From Chthoniobacteraceae bacterium (GTDB taxonomy: Bacteria; Verrucomicrobiota; Verrucomicrobiia; Chthoniobacterales; Chthoniobacteraceae): 64,000 nucleotides of DNA. Under the pieces are notes generated by a model, which saw nothing but the letters and a program-made list of their open reading frames with translations, ran no database searches and was not told the DNA's origin. The first letter of the stretch is position 1. The number at the start of each line of letters is the position of its first letter. The translations under genes were made by a program, and so were the position numbers. Shown here in pieces: positions 19,401 through 30,107 of this stretch. Where the stretch lies: NCBI GenBank assembly GCA_031409655.1, contig JANNXQ010000187.1, forward strand, positions 32,001 to 96,000, read 5' to 3'.

Positions 19401-20993
19401 ATGTCTCTCCACGGAAAAAGCCTCCTCGCCGGCGCGCTCGTTGAACCGAGTGCGCGCACCTTCCACGCCGTCAGCCCGCTCGGCGGCCAGCGCCTTGAGC
19501 CCGCCTTTCACGAATGCTCCCTCGCCGAAGTCGAGCGGGCGCTCTTGGCCGCGGAGGATGCCTTCTCGATCTACCGCAAAGTGAGCACGGAGACGCGCGC
19601 GGCGTTCCTGGAGAAAATCGCGGAGGAAATCGTCGCGCTCGGCGACGCGCTCCTCCAGCGCGCCCATCTTGAGACGGGCTTGCCGCTCGATCGACTCACC
19701 GGCGAACGCGGACGCACCGCGGGCCAGCTCCGGCTCTTCGCGGCCGTGGTGCGCGAAGGCTCGTGGTGCGACCCGCGCATCGATCCTGCGTTGCCCGATC
19801 GCCAGCCGCTCCCGCGTCCCGACCTTCGCCGGATGCTCATCCCGCTCGGGCCCGTGATCGTCTTCGGCTCATCAAATTTTCCCCTCGCGTTTTCCATTGC
19901 CGGGGGCGACACCGCCAGCGCCTTGGCGGCGGGCTGTCCCGTCATCGTAAAGGCGCATCGCGCGCATCCCGGCACCGGCGAACTCGTGGCTGGTGCGATC
20001 GCCCGCGCCGCCACCTCGTGCGGCTTGCCGGCGGGCGTCTTCTCGATGCTCCACGGGAGCGGTGAGGAGATCGGCACCGCACTGGTGCGGCATCCGCTGG
20101 CGCGCGCGGCGGGCTTCACCGGATCGCGCACCGCCGGGCGCGCGCTTTTCAATGCGGCCAATGCGCGGCCCGATCCGATCCCCGTCTTCGCCGAGATGAG
20201 CAGCCTCAATCCGCTCTTCGTCCTCCCCGGTGCCCTGCGCGAGCGCGGAACGCAAATCGCGGAAGGATTGAAAGGCTCCGTGACCCTCGGCGTCGGGCAA
20301 TTCTGCACCAAGCCCGGGCTCGTCTTCGCGATTGGCGGCCCGGACCTCACGGCCTTCACCGCGCACTTCGAGCGGGCCATCCAGGCGGCGGCACCCGCGA
20401 CGATGCTGCATCCCGGCATCTGTCGTTCCTTTCATGAAGGGCTCGACGCCCTGGCCAGGATCCCCGGCGTCGTCGCGCTGGCCACCGCGGACCTCGATCC
20501 CGATCCGGCGAAGACGCAGGGCGAAGCGACGGTCTTCGCGACGGATGCGGAGAATTTTCTGACGCAGCGCGCCCTGCACGAAGAGGTCTTCGGTCCGTTC
20601 ACCTTGCTCGTCGATGCCACCGATCCGCAGGAGCTGCTGCGGATCGCGCGCAGTCTCGAAGGCCAGCTCACGGCCACGCTCCACGGCACCGCCGAAGATC
20701 TCGCGGATGCCGCCGAATTGATTGCCATCCTCGAACGGAAAGCGGGCCGCCTCGTCGTGAATGGTTTCCCGACCGGCGTGGAAGTCAGCCCGGCCATGCA
20801 GCACGGCGGCCCGTATCCGGCCACGACCGACGAGCGCTTCACCAGCGTCGGCACGGCAGCCATCCAGCGTTGGGCGCGACCAGTGTGCTACCAAAACTTC
20901 CCCGCGAACGCCTTGCCGCCCGAGTTGCAGAACGAAAACCCGAAGGGCGTCATGCGCCTCGTGGACAACAAGCTGACCCGCGACGCGGTCTGA
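19401..20993 (+). CDS. NADP-dependent aldehyde dehydrogenase (2-ketoglutarate semialdehyde dehydrogenase-like)
   Basis: SNFPLAFS.AGGDTASA, GFTGS, AEMSSLNP, GQFCTKPG, EVFGP, HGGPYPAT. Confidence 0.93.
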   Translation: MSLHGKSLLAGALVEPSARTFHAVSPLGGQRLEPAFHECSLAEVERALLAAEDAFSIYRKVSTETRAAFLEKIAEEIVALGDALLQRAHLETGLPLDRLTGERGRTAGQLRLFAAVVREGSWCDPRIDPALPDRQPLPRPDLRRMLIPLGPVIVFGSSNFPLAFSIAGGDTASALAAGCPVIVKAHRAHPGTGELVAGAIARAATSCGLPAGVFSMLHGSGEEIGTALVRHPLARAAGFTGSRTAGRALFNAANARPDPIPVFAEMSSLNPLFVLPGALRERGTQIAEGLKGSVTLGVGQFCTKPGLVFAIGGPDLTAFTAHFERAIQAAAPATMLHPGICRSFHEGLDALARIPGVVALATADLDPDPAKTQGEATVFATDAENFLTQRALHEEVFGPFTLLVDATDPQELLRIARSLEGQLTATLHGTAEDLADAAELIAILERKAGRLVVNGFPTGVEVSPAMQHGGPYPATTDERFTSVGTAAIQRWARPVCYQNFPANALPPELQNENPKGVMRLVDNKLTRDAV

Positions 20994-21054
20994 GTCGGCT
21001 GAACGCAGGCTTCCGCTTGCGAACCTCCGCCCCCCGCTTTACAACGGAACTCCC

Positions 21055-21588
21055 ATGAAACACCTTGCCCTCCTCGCAATCAGCCTGACCACCGCCGCCA
21101 CGCTTTTCGCGGAAGATCCGGCGAAATTCCCGGTTGGCAGTTTCGAGTTTCAGCGCCCCGCGACGTGGGCCTGGATCCCGGTCTCCTCGCCCATGCGCAA
21201 GGCCCAGCTCAAGGTCCCCGGAGCCACGGCCGATAGCTCTGCGGATATCACCTTCTTCCACTTCGGGCCCGGCGGAGGCGGCGGCACCCAGGCCAATATC
21301 CAGCGCTGGCTTGGGCAATTCCAAAGTGCGGAAGGCGCCTCGAAGATCGAGCCTCAGGAGATCGCGGGAGCGAAAGTCACGCTGGTCAGCACCGAGGGCA
21401 CCTTCTCGAGCGGCATGCCGGGTGGGCCCACCACGCCGCTCACCGGCCAGGCGCTCCTCGGCGCGATCATCGAATCCGCAGAGGGTGATGTTTTTGTGAA
21501 AATGACCGGTCCCGCCGCCTTGGTGAAAGAATCGCGCCAGCAGTTCCTCGACTTCCTCGCCACCGCGATCACCGCGTCGAAGAAATAA
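21055..21588 (+). CDS. Secreted hypothetical protein
   Basis: Signal peptide; SPMRKAQ, GGG..ANIQRWLGQF, FVKMTGP. Confidence 0.8.
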   Translation: MKHLALLAISLTTAATLFAEDPAKFPVGSFEFQRPATWAWIPVSSPMRKAQLKVPGATADSSADITFFHFGPGGGGGTQANIQRWLGQFQSAEGASKIEPQEIAGAKVTLVSTEGTFSSGMPGGPTTPLTGQALLGAIIESAEGDVFVKMTGPAALVKESRQQFLDFLATAITASKK

Positions 21589-21621
21589 CGGATGCCCTAC
21601 CGCCCATCGCGCCGTCGCCCC

Positions 21622-21981
21622 ATGAGCTACTACGTCACCTCGTTCATCAGCATCGTCCACTTCATCAGCGATGATCTGGTCCAGTGCGACGCGAGCACCA
21701 AAATCGCCGAAATCTTCTGCGACGAGTTCGACGACCTCGATTTCGAACTGGCCATCTGCTGCTTCGAAGCGACCCACAAGGTCGCCTTCGATGAAAAACT
21801 CTGGCAGACCGAACCGGACGACTACGAAGACCTGACCGTGGAGGAATTCGTGGAAACCTACGTCGGCAACGTCGAACAGCGCGACCCCCTCTTCGTGACC
21901 AAACGCTTCCTCATGTTTCAGGAGTCGCTCACGAAGGCGTTGACTGATGAGCAGGAAAATCCTCCCGGGACGGATTACTGA
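21622..21981 (+). CDS. Acidic hypothetical protein (possible ACP-like fold lacking the Ser)
   Basis: Strong codon bias; DDLDFELAICCFE...LTVEEFV. Confidence 0.7.
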   Translation: MSYYVTSFISIVHFISDDLVQCDASTKIAEIFCDEFDDLDFELAICCFEATHKVAFDEKLWQTEPDDYEDLTVEEFVETYVGNVEQRDPLFVTKRFLMFQESLTKALTDEQENPPGTDY

Positions 21982-22079
21982 TCCTCTGTCAGAGCGGAGC
22001 GCCCGGTGGAGGCAGCCCTGAGGATTCGCTTCGCCACCGATCCCCCGGAAACGTCGTCGTTCATTCTGAATCCAGCGAT

Positions 22080-22238
22080 GGGATTTTAAACGCTGAGACG
22101 CAGAGGCGCAGAGACCGCAGAGGAAGGGAACAAACGCACTTTCCAGGGCGCTCACCGATCGGGTGAATCCATCCGCCACCTCGATTCCGCTCTCCCTCTG
22201 CGTCCTCTGCGTCTTTGCGTCTCTGCGTTAAAAATCCC
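22080..22238. repeat. Inverted (ACGCAGAG)n / (CTCTGCGT)n repeat pair
   Basis: Arms at 22080-22123 and 22195-22238 are near reverse complements, ending in GGGATTTT / AAAATCCC. Confidence 0.8.
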
Positions 22239-22367
22239 AATCCCGCTTTCAGGTTAATCACACCCGAGACGAGGAGGAATAAAACAGTCCGACGGTTTCC
22301 GATAGATGGTTTGATACCGATTCTTGGATTCAGCCACGAGCCTTCGTCAACTCGCTGCAAACGCAAG

Positions 22368-22397
22368 CCGCCGCGGCAGGTTTCCCTGCCGCGGCGG
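22368..22397 (-). terminator. Perfect 13-bp GC hairpin (GAAA loop) just downstream of the giant PEP-CTERM gene
   Basis: CCGCCGCGGCAGG-TTTC-CCTGCCGCGGCGG; the U-tract is weak. Confidence 0.6.
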
Positions 22398-22421
22398 TTG
22401 GATTGAATGTTTGTTTAGGTA

Positions 22422-25400
22422 TTAGGCGCGGCGGTCGTTGCGGCGGCGGATGCGTTGCAGGCCGACGAGCATTCCGAAGCCACCGAGGAGCGACGCCGCG
22501 ATGCCGGGTTCAGGCACCACGACCAGCGACACCGCCGTTCCACCGAAGTCGTTGTAGTCGATGCCATACTGATTCGCGCCGATGGTGAAGAACTCGAGAT
22601 CGTCGTCGATCGCGTTCCCCGCGATGGAGAACTGTCCATTCTGCGCGCCCGCGTAGGTGAGGAAGGTGAACTTCGTTCCCAGGGCGAGTGAGACATTCGA
22701 CCCGAGGTCGGTGATGTTCAGCACCGATCCGCCAGAAAGGCCATCAACAAGGGTGAGCGGGCCAGTGGTGCTGAGCAGGTCGGTGCCCAGCGTCGAGGTG
22801 TTGATTTCTAGGGTGAAGGAAGATGCCCCAGTCATCGTGAGTGACGATGCGGAGAGCGTTCCAATGCTGTTACCGGGTGATACTGAGCCAGTGTTCGCGG
22901 TGATCGCTCCGACTGAGCCAATACCACCGAGGATACCACCGCCGATGGTGACAGCGCCGGAGATCGATCCATTCACCAACAGGCGACCAGCATTGACGCT
23001 CGTCGTCCCGGCGTAGGTGCCGGCGACGCCAGCGGCAATTTCCAACGTCCCTGCCCCAGCCTTGGTCAAGCCAGCGGTGGATCCGGTGATGCCACCAGCG
23101 CCGGTGATGAGGAGATCAGTCGCTTGACCGGCGGCGTTGGCCACCGTCATCGTCCGGGCCGCAGTGGAAGTGCCCAGCGAGAGGTTGCCCCCTCCGACGT
23201 TGATCACCGCTTGAGTCCCAGCATTCCCCGCCACCGTGGTCACGTTTCCGCCCAAGGTCAGCGTTCCCGCTCCGGTGGTGATGGTATTTAGATAAGCTGC
23301 GGTGCTGCTCCCAGCGGCACTGAAGGTTACGGCCGACACGGTCTCATTGTTGCCCGCGAGGTCATAGGTTGCGCTCGGAATAGCTGCGATCGCGGCATTC
23401 AACGTGATAGCTCCAGGAACCACATCGCTTGCCCCGTTGCGAAGCGTGCCTGCGCGGACTTCAGTTAATCCGGTGTAGGTATTCGCTCCCGAGAGAGTCA
23501 CCACTCCGCTGTTGCCAGCGGCTTCATTGACCCGGAGACCCGTAGCCGTCGTGCCTGAAATAATTCCGGCAAGGTTGAGTGTTCCACCCGCAGCGGCTTG
23601 AGCACGGAAGTTACCGCCGCCCGCCTCATCGACTGTGACATTGCCGCTGACGGTTCCACTGGTTGCCCCAGCGAGCAGGCGAAGGGTCTTTTCGTTGCCG
23701 GCGTCGGCAACGGTGATGGCATTCGTGCTGGTCACCCCATCGGCCAACTCGAGGATCGCCCCAGTTCCATTCATCGTCACGGCGCTGGCACCCAGAGCGC
23801 CGGCGTTACCCATCCGGATTGCACCACCAGTGATGGTGGTCCCACTGCCGTATGAATTCACGTTGTTTAGGATGAGGGTGTTTCCCCCGATCTTGGTCAG
23901 GTTACCAGCGCCAGAAATGACGTTCGTGCTGGCGATGGTGATATTTCCGCCGCCGGTATCGATCGTTCCACCCGAAATCCCGAGGTTAATGCCGCGATTG
24001 GCATCGTCGATCGTGAGAACCGCCGTCGAACGGAGGGTTCCGCCGTTGATCGTGAGATGATTGGCATCAGGTCCGCCGGGGTTTAGGCCCAAGGCAGTCT
24101 CAGCGTTGATGTTCAGCACGCCTAGATTGATCGTTGTCCGGCTCTGGCGGGTATTCACCCCGGTGAGGGTCACCGTACCAAAACCATCCTTGATCAGTTC
24201 ACCCGTCCCAGACATCACGCCGGACACGGTGAGGAGCGGCGTTGGGCTCCCCAACGAACCTACGTTCCATGTTTGATTGCCACCGAGTTCCACCGGAGCA
24301 GTGATATTGGCAGTGCCCGCGTTGTCAGGGATACTGATACCGTCGGTCGAGACACTTGGGCTGATGGTCAGCACCCCAGTGGTGCCCTGAGCAATGGTAA
24401 CATTTGACGCGAGGGTGCCAGTGACAGGGCTGCCGTTGAAGAGGATGTTATTGACTGCTTGATTCCCATCAAGATTCACGAGCTGGATGTTTCCAGCAGC
24501 GGTGGCTGGAGGAGTATTCAGGGAACTGAAAACAACGGTGTCGGTCGATCCAGGAGTGGAGCCTACGTCGCCAGTATCAGTCAGGGACCAGTTTGTATTC
24601 CCAGCGCTGATTGCCGACCAGCTACGACTCAGGTCAGCCGTGTAGTAGAATGTACCAAGACCCGCAGTCGCAGTCGCCACGAGACGGACCTTATTTGGGT
24701 CGGTGGTATCGATAGCGGCAGTGTAGCCACCGGGGAGAGCGGAGATTCCGTAGGTCGCAGTTCCGAATCCTCCAGCACCTGAAACGAGCAAATCATAAGT
24801 CCCGGCGGCGAAGCCAGAAACTGCATTGAGCGCAAAGTTGATGGTGTTGGCGGTGACGGCGGCACCACTCGTCGTGAGGGTATCGGAAGTCGTCCCGAGA
24901 TCGAGGCCCAGGATCGAGATGCCAGCGCCGGCCCCGAGGTTCAGGGTACCCAGACCCACAATTGGGCTGCCAACCCCGCTATTGAAGCCCAGTGACGCAC
25001 CGCCGGCGACCGTAATCCCGGAAGTCGCGGCCGGACTGGCTCCAGCGAAGTTGAGGCCACCTGCATTGACCGTGATCGAACCGCCAAAGCTCATGGTGCT
25101 GCCGGCCAGAGTGCCGAGGGCTCCCGAAGCAGTTCCAACCTTGACGATCGAGAGAGGGCCACCACCACTGTTGGCAAATGAACCATTGTAGGTGACGGTC
25201 CCGTTGTTGGTTCCGAAGGTCAGGGTCACCGGGGATACTGTGGTGTTGTCAATCGTCTTAGCACCAGTGCTGGCACCATTGAGGGAGGCGATTGTTTCGG
25301 ACTTGCCATTCAGGTCGAGAACGGCGGGGAGGACCGTGTTTCCGAAGGCCACATTTCCACCGACCGTGCCGACGACTGGTATCACATCACCCGACGCTCC

Positions 25401-28400
25401 GTCGAGTTGCAAGGTGCCGCCGTTGATCGTCGTGGTTCCGGTGTAGGTATTCGGCGCCGCACCACCGAGGACCAAAGTGCCGCTACTGAGCGTCAAACCC
25501 AAGGTGGATGCTGTGGTCCCTGTCTGATTCTGAACGATCCCTGAAATCACCGTGCGACCGCTGCCGCCGATGGTGAGGGCGCGGTTTGCGTCGGTTTCGA
25601 CGTTTCTCACGACTCCTTGGATGGTGAAGGATTTCCCGGCAGGCAGGAAGTTATTGAACGCCGAGTTGGCCCCGGTGCCGGAAGCAACGTTGACCGTTGC
25701 ACCGGAGAGGGTGATCGAGTTCAGGCCGATGATCCCGCCGGTCTGGTTTTGCGTGAAGTTGACCGTCGGGTTTGTCAACGTCAGGTCCCCTCCGTCCGCA
25801 AAGAGATTGCCGTTGCCGATGGTGAGCGCGCCAGCACCCGCCGCCGCCGCTGAAGTCACACCCAAGTTCCCACCGCCAGCGGTCAGGGCACCGGTGAAGG
25901 TATTGACACCCGAGAGGGTCCAGGTTCCAGGGCCACCCTTGGTGACACTGAGCGCACCCGTGCCAGCGTTAATCAGGTTTGAAGAAACGATATTGTCGTC
26001 CGAGTTTTGACCTTCGAGGGTCAGCGTCCTAGCCGCAACGCCCACACCATTGGTGACGTTGCTGAGCACCAAGGCCCCAGAGCCGCTGGCGTTGATGGTC
26101 GTGGATGCGTTGACGACGATGGAACGGGCCGAAGATTCGCCAGCCCCCAAATATTCAAGCCGGCCGCCGGTCAAACTCAGCACATTGGCCGAGTTTCCGA
26201 GGCCAGTGGCGATCGAAGTCACGCCGAGCACGCCGGCGTTCAGGTTCGTCGTGCCGGTGTAGGTGTTGGCACCCAGGAGATAAAGTGTCCCGGCTCCGTT
26301 TTTGGTCAGACTGGTCGTGCCCGCGTCGCCGCTGATCACCCCGGTGATCGTTGCGCGGTCGAGCGAGGTTGTGCCGTTATCGTTGACCGTGATGACGCGG
26401 GCCAAAGTGGAGGCAGCGTTGTTCAGGTCGATGCCGTTTTGGAACTCAACTTCGTCCAGAGCCGTCGTCGAGCTCAAGATCAGCGCGCTGGAAACGGTTC
26501 CGCCAAGGCCGGTATTTGGCAGGAAACCTGCGCCAGCGTTCCAGCCCAAAGTTGCACCTACTCCACCGTGATTGACCGTCAGTTTGCTGGCGGAGGCCGA
26601 GAAACCACCACCTGCGGTGTAGCTCACGGAGCCGATCCCATTCACGGCGACTGCGAGTGGGCGGGTGAAACTTCCGCTTGTCTCGAGGACGCCACCATTG
26701 AGAACCAGCGGACTCGTCGAAGACAACGAGGAACCAGTCACCACCAACTGGCCTGCGGTGATCGTGGTCCGCCCATCGTAGGTATTGCCCGGATTGCTGA
26801 GCGTCCAGGAACTAGCACCGTCCTTAAGGACCGAAAGAAGCGCGCTACCACCACCGGTCGGATCAACCAAGGCAAGACCCATTTCGTTATTTCCGGTCGA
26901 TCCGCCACCCAAACTCAAGGTCTGGCCAACCGTATTCCCACCAGCAGTGTAAGCAATTGGTGCGGGATTATTGAAAATCAAGGTGGCGTTGTTTAAGCCC
27001 GCCGCGTTGATCCGAGCACCATTTGCCGCGGTGGCATTCTCGCTTCCGAGAGTGAACAAACGATTGATGCTGATGGAATCGGCACCGGTATAGTTGATAC
27101 CGCCACCGGTGTTGGTTTCCGCAGCCGATCCAAAAACCAAGCTGGCCGCATTGGTCGTATCGTTCGTGGCATTGCCGCGTCCGAGACCGCTGGCCGAGCC
27201 AATGTTCGCGAGGAAGGGTACAGAAACCAAGCCCGTGCTGAGAATCGTCGTTGACCCCGTGTAAGTATTCAGGCCGCTCCAGGTCTGGCCGCCAGTGGCG
27301 CGCTTCACGATCGAGACACCGCCGGCTCCGTCCTCAATAACGCCGCTAAACACCCCGGTGCCGTTGCCGCCCCCGACCGCAATCGTGGCCGCCACACTGC
27401 TGCTATTAGTTAAAAGACCGGCGCCGTTGAATCCAGCGAGTGAACTGGTGCTCACGCCATTCAAATCAAGAGTTCCTCCCTGACGAATGGAGAGTGCCTG
27501 GAAGTTTGCACTGATCCGACCGATCCCTGAGAGGCGGATGGTGCCTTCGTTGATGTTGGTCGCGCCGGTCTGGTTGTTGACCTCAGCCAAGACGAGAATT
27601 CCCGATCCATTTTTACTCAGTCCACCCACGGTCGAAGAGGCGATGGAAGAAGCGAGCGTCAGGACGCTTGAATCCCCGTCCACCCGAACCGCGAGGGCTC
27701 CACCGGTCGCTCCAAGGCCTTGGGTGACGCTGCCGCCAGAGATCGTCGCCGATCCACCGGTCAGCAAAATTCCGCCTACGGTGTTCACGCCAGTGTTGAT
27801 CCGAAGCTCATCCGTTGCGCCCATCGTGAGGGTCGGCGTGCCGGAACCGTCGATGAGCAGAGAATTGATGGCCGTCGTTCCTGCGGCCAAGGCAAACCCG
27901 GCGCCAGTGACTTGATTGTGCGCTGCTGCGGTCAATGCCAGCGGAGCCGCGAAGTAACCGACATCGGTGCCTCCCCCGCCCAGACCGTCGCCGTAGAGAG
28001 GCGCCCGGACGACACTGCCCGCGCCGACGAAGGCATAATTACCACCGTTGAAATAGGCCGAGCCGCGGACGAAGCCAGCGGGGTTCGTCAGGGTAATGAT
28101 ATCGGTTGCGGTTGCTGCCCTGAAGTTCACACTGGCACCCGTGCTGGATGCCACCAAGGAGGTCGCGAGCGTCGTAGCGGTTGAGCCAGGACTATTCACC
28201 TCTACAACCCCGTGGCCGGCGGTCGTGGTGATGGCGCCGATTGTTTCCGTGGTCGCTGGACCCGCGTTCGTGAAGAGCAACCGTCCACCTCCAGCCTGGA
28301 CGGCATCCACGTTAAAGGTGACCGGAGCGGCGTCAGCGAGAACGGTCGAAGTCACCGACGCGTTCGCCCTTAGAGTGAGCGTGCCATTAGAGATCGTAGT

Positions 28401-30107
28401 GCCGCCAGTGTAAGTGTTTGCGCCGGACAAGACCCAAGTTCCGCGATCCGTCTTGGCAAGACTGACGGGAGCGGAGGTTCCGTTGCTGATGATGCCGGAG
28501 ATTTCATTCTGCAAAAGACTGGTGCCGCCAAGAGTCAGCGTCCGCGCGTTAGTTGCCCCGGAACCCGTGACCGTGCCTGCGAAAACGACTGCAGTCGCAG
28601 CGGTGCTGGTTTGGTTATTGGCATTGATCCGACCGCCGCCAGTGGTCCCATTCAGGACGACGTTCCGCGCGCTGCTTCCGACGACGCCAGTTCCAGCGGC
28701 TCCACCGAAAGTCAGAATACCTTGAGTTGCGCCATTTCCGAGATTGATATTCGAAGCGCTGGTATTCAGACCGATCGAACTGAAGTTGCGCGCGACAACG
28801 GTGCCATTCTGGATGTCAGTCGTGCCGCGGAAAGTAGAAGCCGCGCCATCGATGGTCAGGATCCCAGCACCGTTTTTGCTCACCGAGTGCGCAAGCGTGC
28901 CCGTGGTGAGGATACTCCCGGTGACCATGACATCCCCGGCCCCACCGAGGGTCAGGTTACGATTACCCGTAGTATTGGTATTATTCCAGATATTCCCCTG
29001 GAAGGTGAGGGTGCCGCTGGAGTTGTTCGCTATCGTGATCGTGTTGTTGTAGTCGGCGGCCGCTTGGTTCCCCACGAAGGTTGCGCCAACTCCGTTACGC
29101 CCATTGACGGTGAACACGCGGTTAGCGGCGAGCTGCAACTGAGCGAAGGTCACGGTTTGATTGATTGCGCTGGCATTGGTCCCACCGACCGCCCGGTCAA
29201 GATTCAATGTGCCGTTATTCGTCGCAATACTGACCCCCTTCGTCGCGAAGCCGGATCCGTCGTCAGTGCGGACCTCGAGCGCCCCGGTGTTGAAGTTGAC
29301 CGCGTTCGCAGCAGCGCTGACCCCCAAGTTTGCGCCCGTCTGGACCCGCACGAAACTGCCACCGTCAATTTGGACGATGCCAGTGTAGGCATTTGCGCCA
29401 GAGAGCACCAAAGTTCCGCCATTCGATTTCGTGAGAGTCCCACTACCGGTCAGCCCACTGATAGCGAAGTGACCATTGCCGATCAACTGAAGAGTCTGCG
29501 CAGTCGAGCCACCCACCGTGGACATCGCCAAGGCGGGAATATTCAGGACGTCGAAACTTGAGGCGATGCGGGTCGCCGAAGTGCCACTGGTTGCGACACC
29601 GCCCGAGACAGTCACATTGCCGACCACATTCAAGGCCGAGCCATTGCCGCCAGGACCGCCACCGGAAAGATTCAGTCCGCCGAAGGGACCAAAATTAAAT
29701 GTCTGCGGAGCATAGGTGCCGCCGATCAGCAACTGACCACCAGAAACGCCCTGAGTGATACCCGTAGTCACCGCACCCGCCACCGGAATGTGATTGATAC
29801 TGATCGAGGTCGAAGCTCCCAAGTCGCTCAAGTTCGAAGCCGAGATGACGAGCGCACCTTCATTGACAATCGTTGCCCCCGTGTAGGTATTGCCGGCACC
29901 AAGGATGAGGGAGCCAAGGCCGACCTTGGTCAAATCCACACCGGACGCCGTGGTTCCGGCAGCGGTACTCAGGGTTGCGGTATTGCCGAGATCCACGTTG
30001 TAGGTAACGCCAGGCGAGACTGCGGCGGCAGCCATGAAGGCGGCGATGGAGGTGGCACAGACGGTGGGGCGACGGTTGGTTTTCATAGTAGAGCGGCGGG
30101 TGTTCAT
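22422..30107 (-). CDS. Giant PEP-CTERM surface protein with autotransporter-associated beta-strand repeats (2561 aa)
   Basis: Many LTK.G.GTL.LSG.NTYTG.T.I..G.L repeats; C-terminal VVPEPG + TM helix + RIRRR. Confidence 0.93.
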   Translation of the reverse strand: MNTRRSTMKTNRRPTVCATSIAAFMAAAAVSPGVTYNVDLGNTATLSTAAGTTASGVDLTKVGLGSLILGAGNTYTGATIVNEGALVISASNLSDLGASTSISINHIPVAGAVTTGITQGVSGGQLLIGGTYAPQTFNFGPFGGLNLSGGGPGGNGSALNVVGNVTVSGGVATSGTSATRIASSFDVLNIPALAMSTVGGSTAQTLQLIGNGHFAISGLTGSGTLTKSNGGTLVLSGANAYTGIVQIDGGSFVRVQTGANLGVSAAANAVNFNTGALEVRTDDGSGFATKGVSIATNNGTLNLDRAVGGTNASAINQTVTFAQLQLAANRVFTVNGRNGVGATFVGNQAAADYNNTITIANNSSGTLTFQGNIWNNTNTTGNRNLTLGGAGDVMVTGSILTTGTLAHSVSKNGAGILTIDGAASTFRGTTDIQNGTVVARNFSSIGLNTSASNINLGNGATQGILTFGGAAGTGVVGSSARNVVLNGTTGGGRINANNQTSTAATAVVFAGTVTGSGATNARTLTLGGTSLLQNEISGIISNGTSAPVSLAKTDRGTWVLSGANTYTGGTTISNGTLTLRANASVTSTVLADAAPVTFNVDAVQAGGGRLLFTNAGPATTETIGAITTTAGHGVVEVNSPGSTATTLATSLVASSTGASVNFRAATATDIITLTNPAGFVRGSAYFNGGNYAFVGAGSVVRAPLYGDGLGGGGTDVGYFAAPLALTAAAHNQVTGAGFALAAGTTAINSLLIDGSGTPTLTMGATDELRINTGVNTVGGILLTGGSATISGGSVTQGLGATGGALAVRVDGDSSVLTLASSIASSTVGGLSKNGSGILVLAEVNNQTGATNINEGTIRLSGIGRISANFQALSIRQGGTLDLNGVSTSSLAGFNGAGLLTNSSSVAATIAVGGGNGTGVFSGVIEDGAGGVSIVKRATGGQTWSGLNTYTGSTTILSTGLVSVPFLANIGSASGLGRGNATNDTTNAASLVFGSAAETNTGGGINYTGADSISINRLFTLGSENATAANGARINAAGLNNATLIFNNPAPIAYTAGGNTVGQTLSLGGGSTGNNEMGLALVDPTGGGSALLSVLKDGASSWTLSNPGNTYDGRTTITAGQLVVTGSSLSSTSPLVLNGGVLETSGSFTRPLAVAVNGIGSVSYTAGGGFSASASKLTVNHGGVGATLGWNAGAGFLPNTGLGGTVSSALILSSTTALDEVEFQNGIDLNNAASTLARVITVNDNGTTSLDRATITGVISGDAGTTSLTKNGAGTLYLLGANTYTGTTNLNAGVLGVTSIATGLGNSANVLSLTGGRLEYLGAGESSARSIVVNASTTINASGSGALVLSNVTNGVGVAARTLTLEGQNSDDNIVSSNLINAGTGALSVTKGGPGTWTLSGVNTFTGALTAGGGNLGVTSAAAAGAGALTIGNGNLFADGGDLTLTNPTVNFTQNQTGGIIGLNSITLSGATVNVASGTGANSAFNNFLPAGKSFTIQGVVRNVETDANRALTIGGSGRTVISGIVQNQTGTTASTLGLTLSSGTLVLGGAAPNTYTGTTTINGGTLQLDGASGDVIPVVGTVGGNVAFGNTVLPAVLDLNGKSETIASLNGASTGAKTIDNTTVSPVTLTFGTNNGTVTYNGSFANSGGGPLSIVKVGTASGALGTLAGSTMSFGGSITVNAGGLNFAGASPAATSGITVAGGASLGFNSGVGSPIVGLGTLNLGAGAGISILGLDLGTTSDTLTTSGAAVTANTINFALNAVSGFAAGTYDLLVSGAGGFGTATYGISALPGGYTAAIDTTDPNKVRLVATATAGLGTFYYTADLSRSWSAISAGNTNWSLTDTGDVGSTPGSTDTVVFSSLNTPPATAAGNIQLVNLDGNQAVNNILFNGSPVTGTLASNVTIAQGTTGVLTISPSVSTDGISIPDNAGTANITAPVELGGNQTWNVGSLGSPTPLLTVSGVMSGTGELIKDGFGTVTLTGVNTRQSRTTINLGVLNINAETALGLNPGGPDANHLTINGGTLRSTAVLTIDDANRGINLGISGGTIDTGGGNITIASTNVISGAGNLTKIGGNTLILNNVNSYGSGTTITGGAIRMGNAGALGASAVTMNGTGAILELADGVTSTNAITVADAGNEKTLRLLAGATSGTVSGNVTVDEAGGGNFRAQAAAGGTLNLAGIISGTTATGLRVNEAAGNSGVVTLSGANTYTGLTEVRAGTLRNGASDVVPGAITLNAAIAAIPSATYDLAGNNETVSAVTFSAAGSSTAAYLNTITTGAGTLTLGGNVTTVAGNAGTQAVINVGGGNLSLGTSTAARTMTVANAAGQATDLLITGAGGITGSTAGLTKAGAGTLEIAAGVAGTYAGTTSVNAGRLLVNGSISGAVTIGGGILGGIGSVGAITANTGSVSPGNSIGTLSASSLTMTGASSFTLEINTSTLGTDLLSTTGPLTLVDGLSGGSVLNITDLGSNVSLALGTKFTFLTYAGAQNGQFSIAGNAIDDDLEFFTIGANQYGIDYNDFGGTAVSLVVVPEPGIAASLLGGFGMLVGLQRIRRRNDRRA

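Noticed and set aside
22422..30107. Classical type V autotransporter
   Set aside because: No C-terminal beta-barrel; the protein ends in PEP-CTERM.
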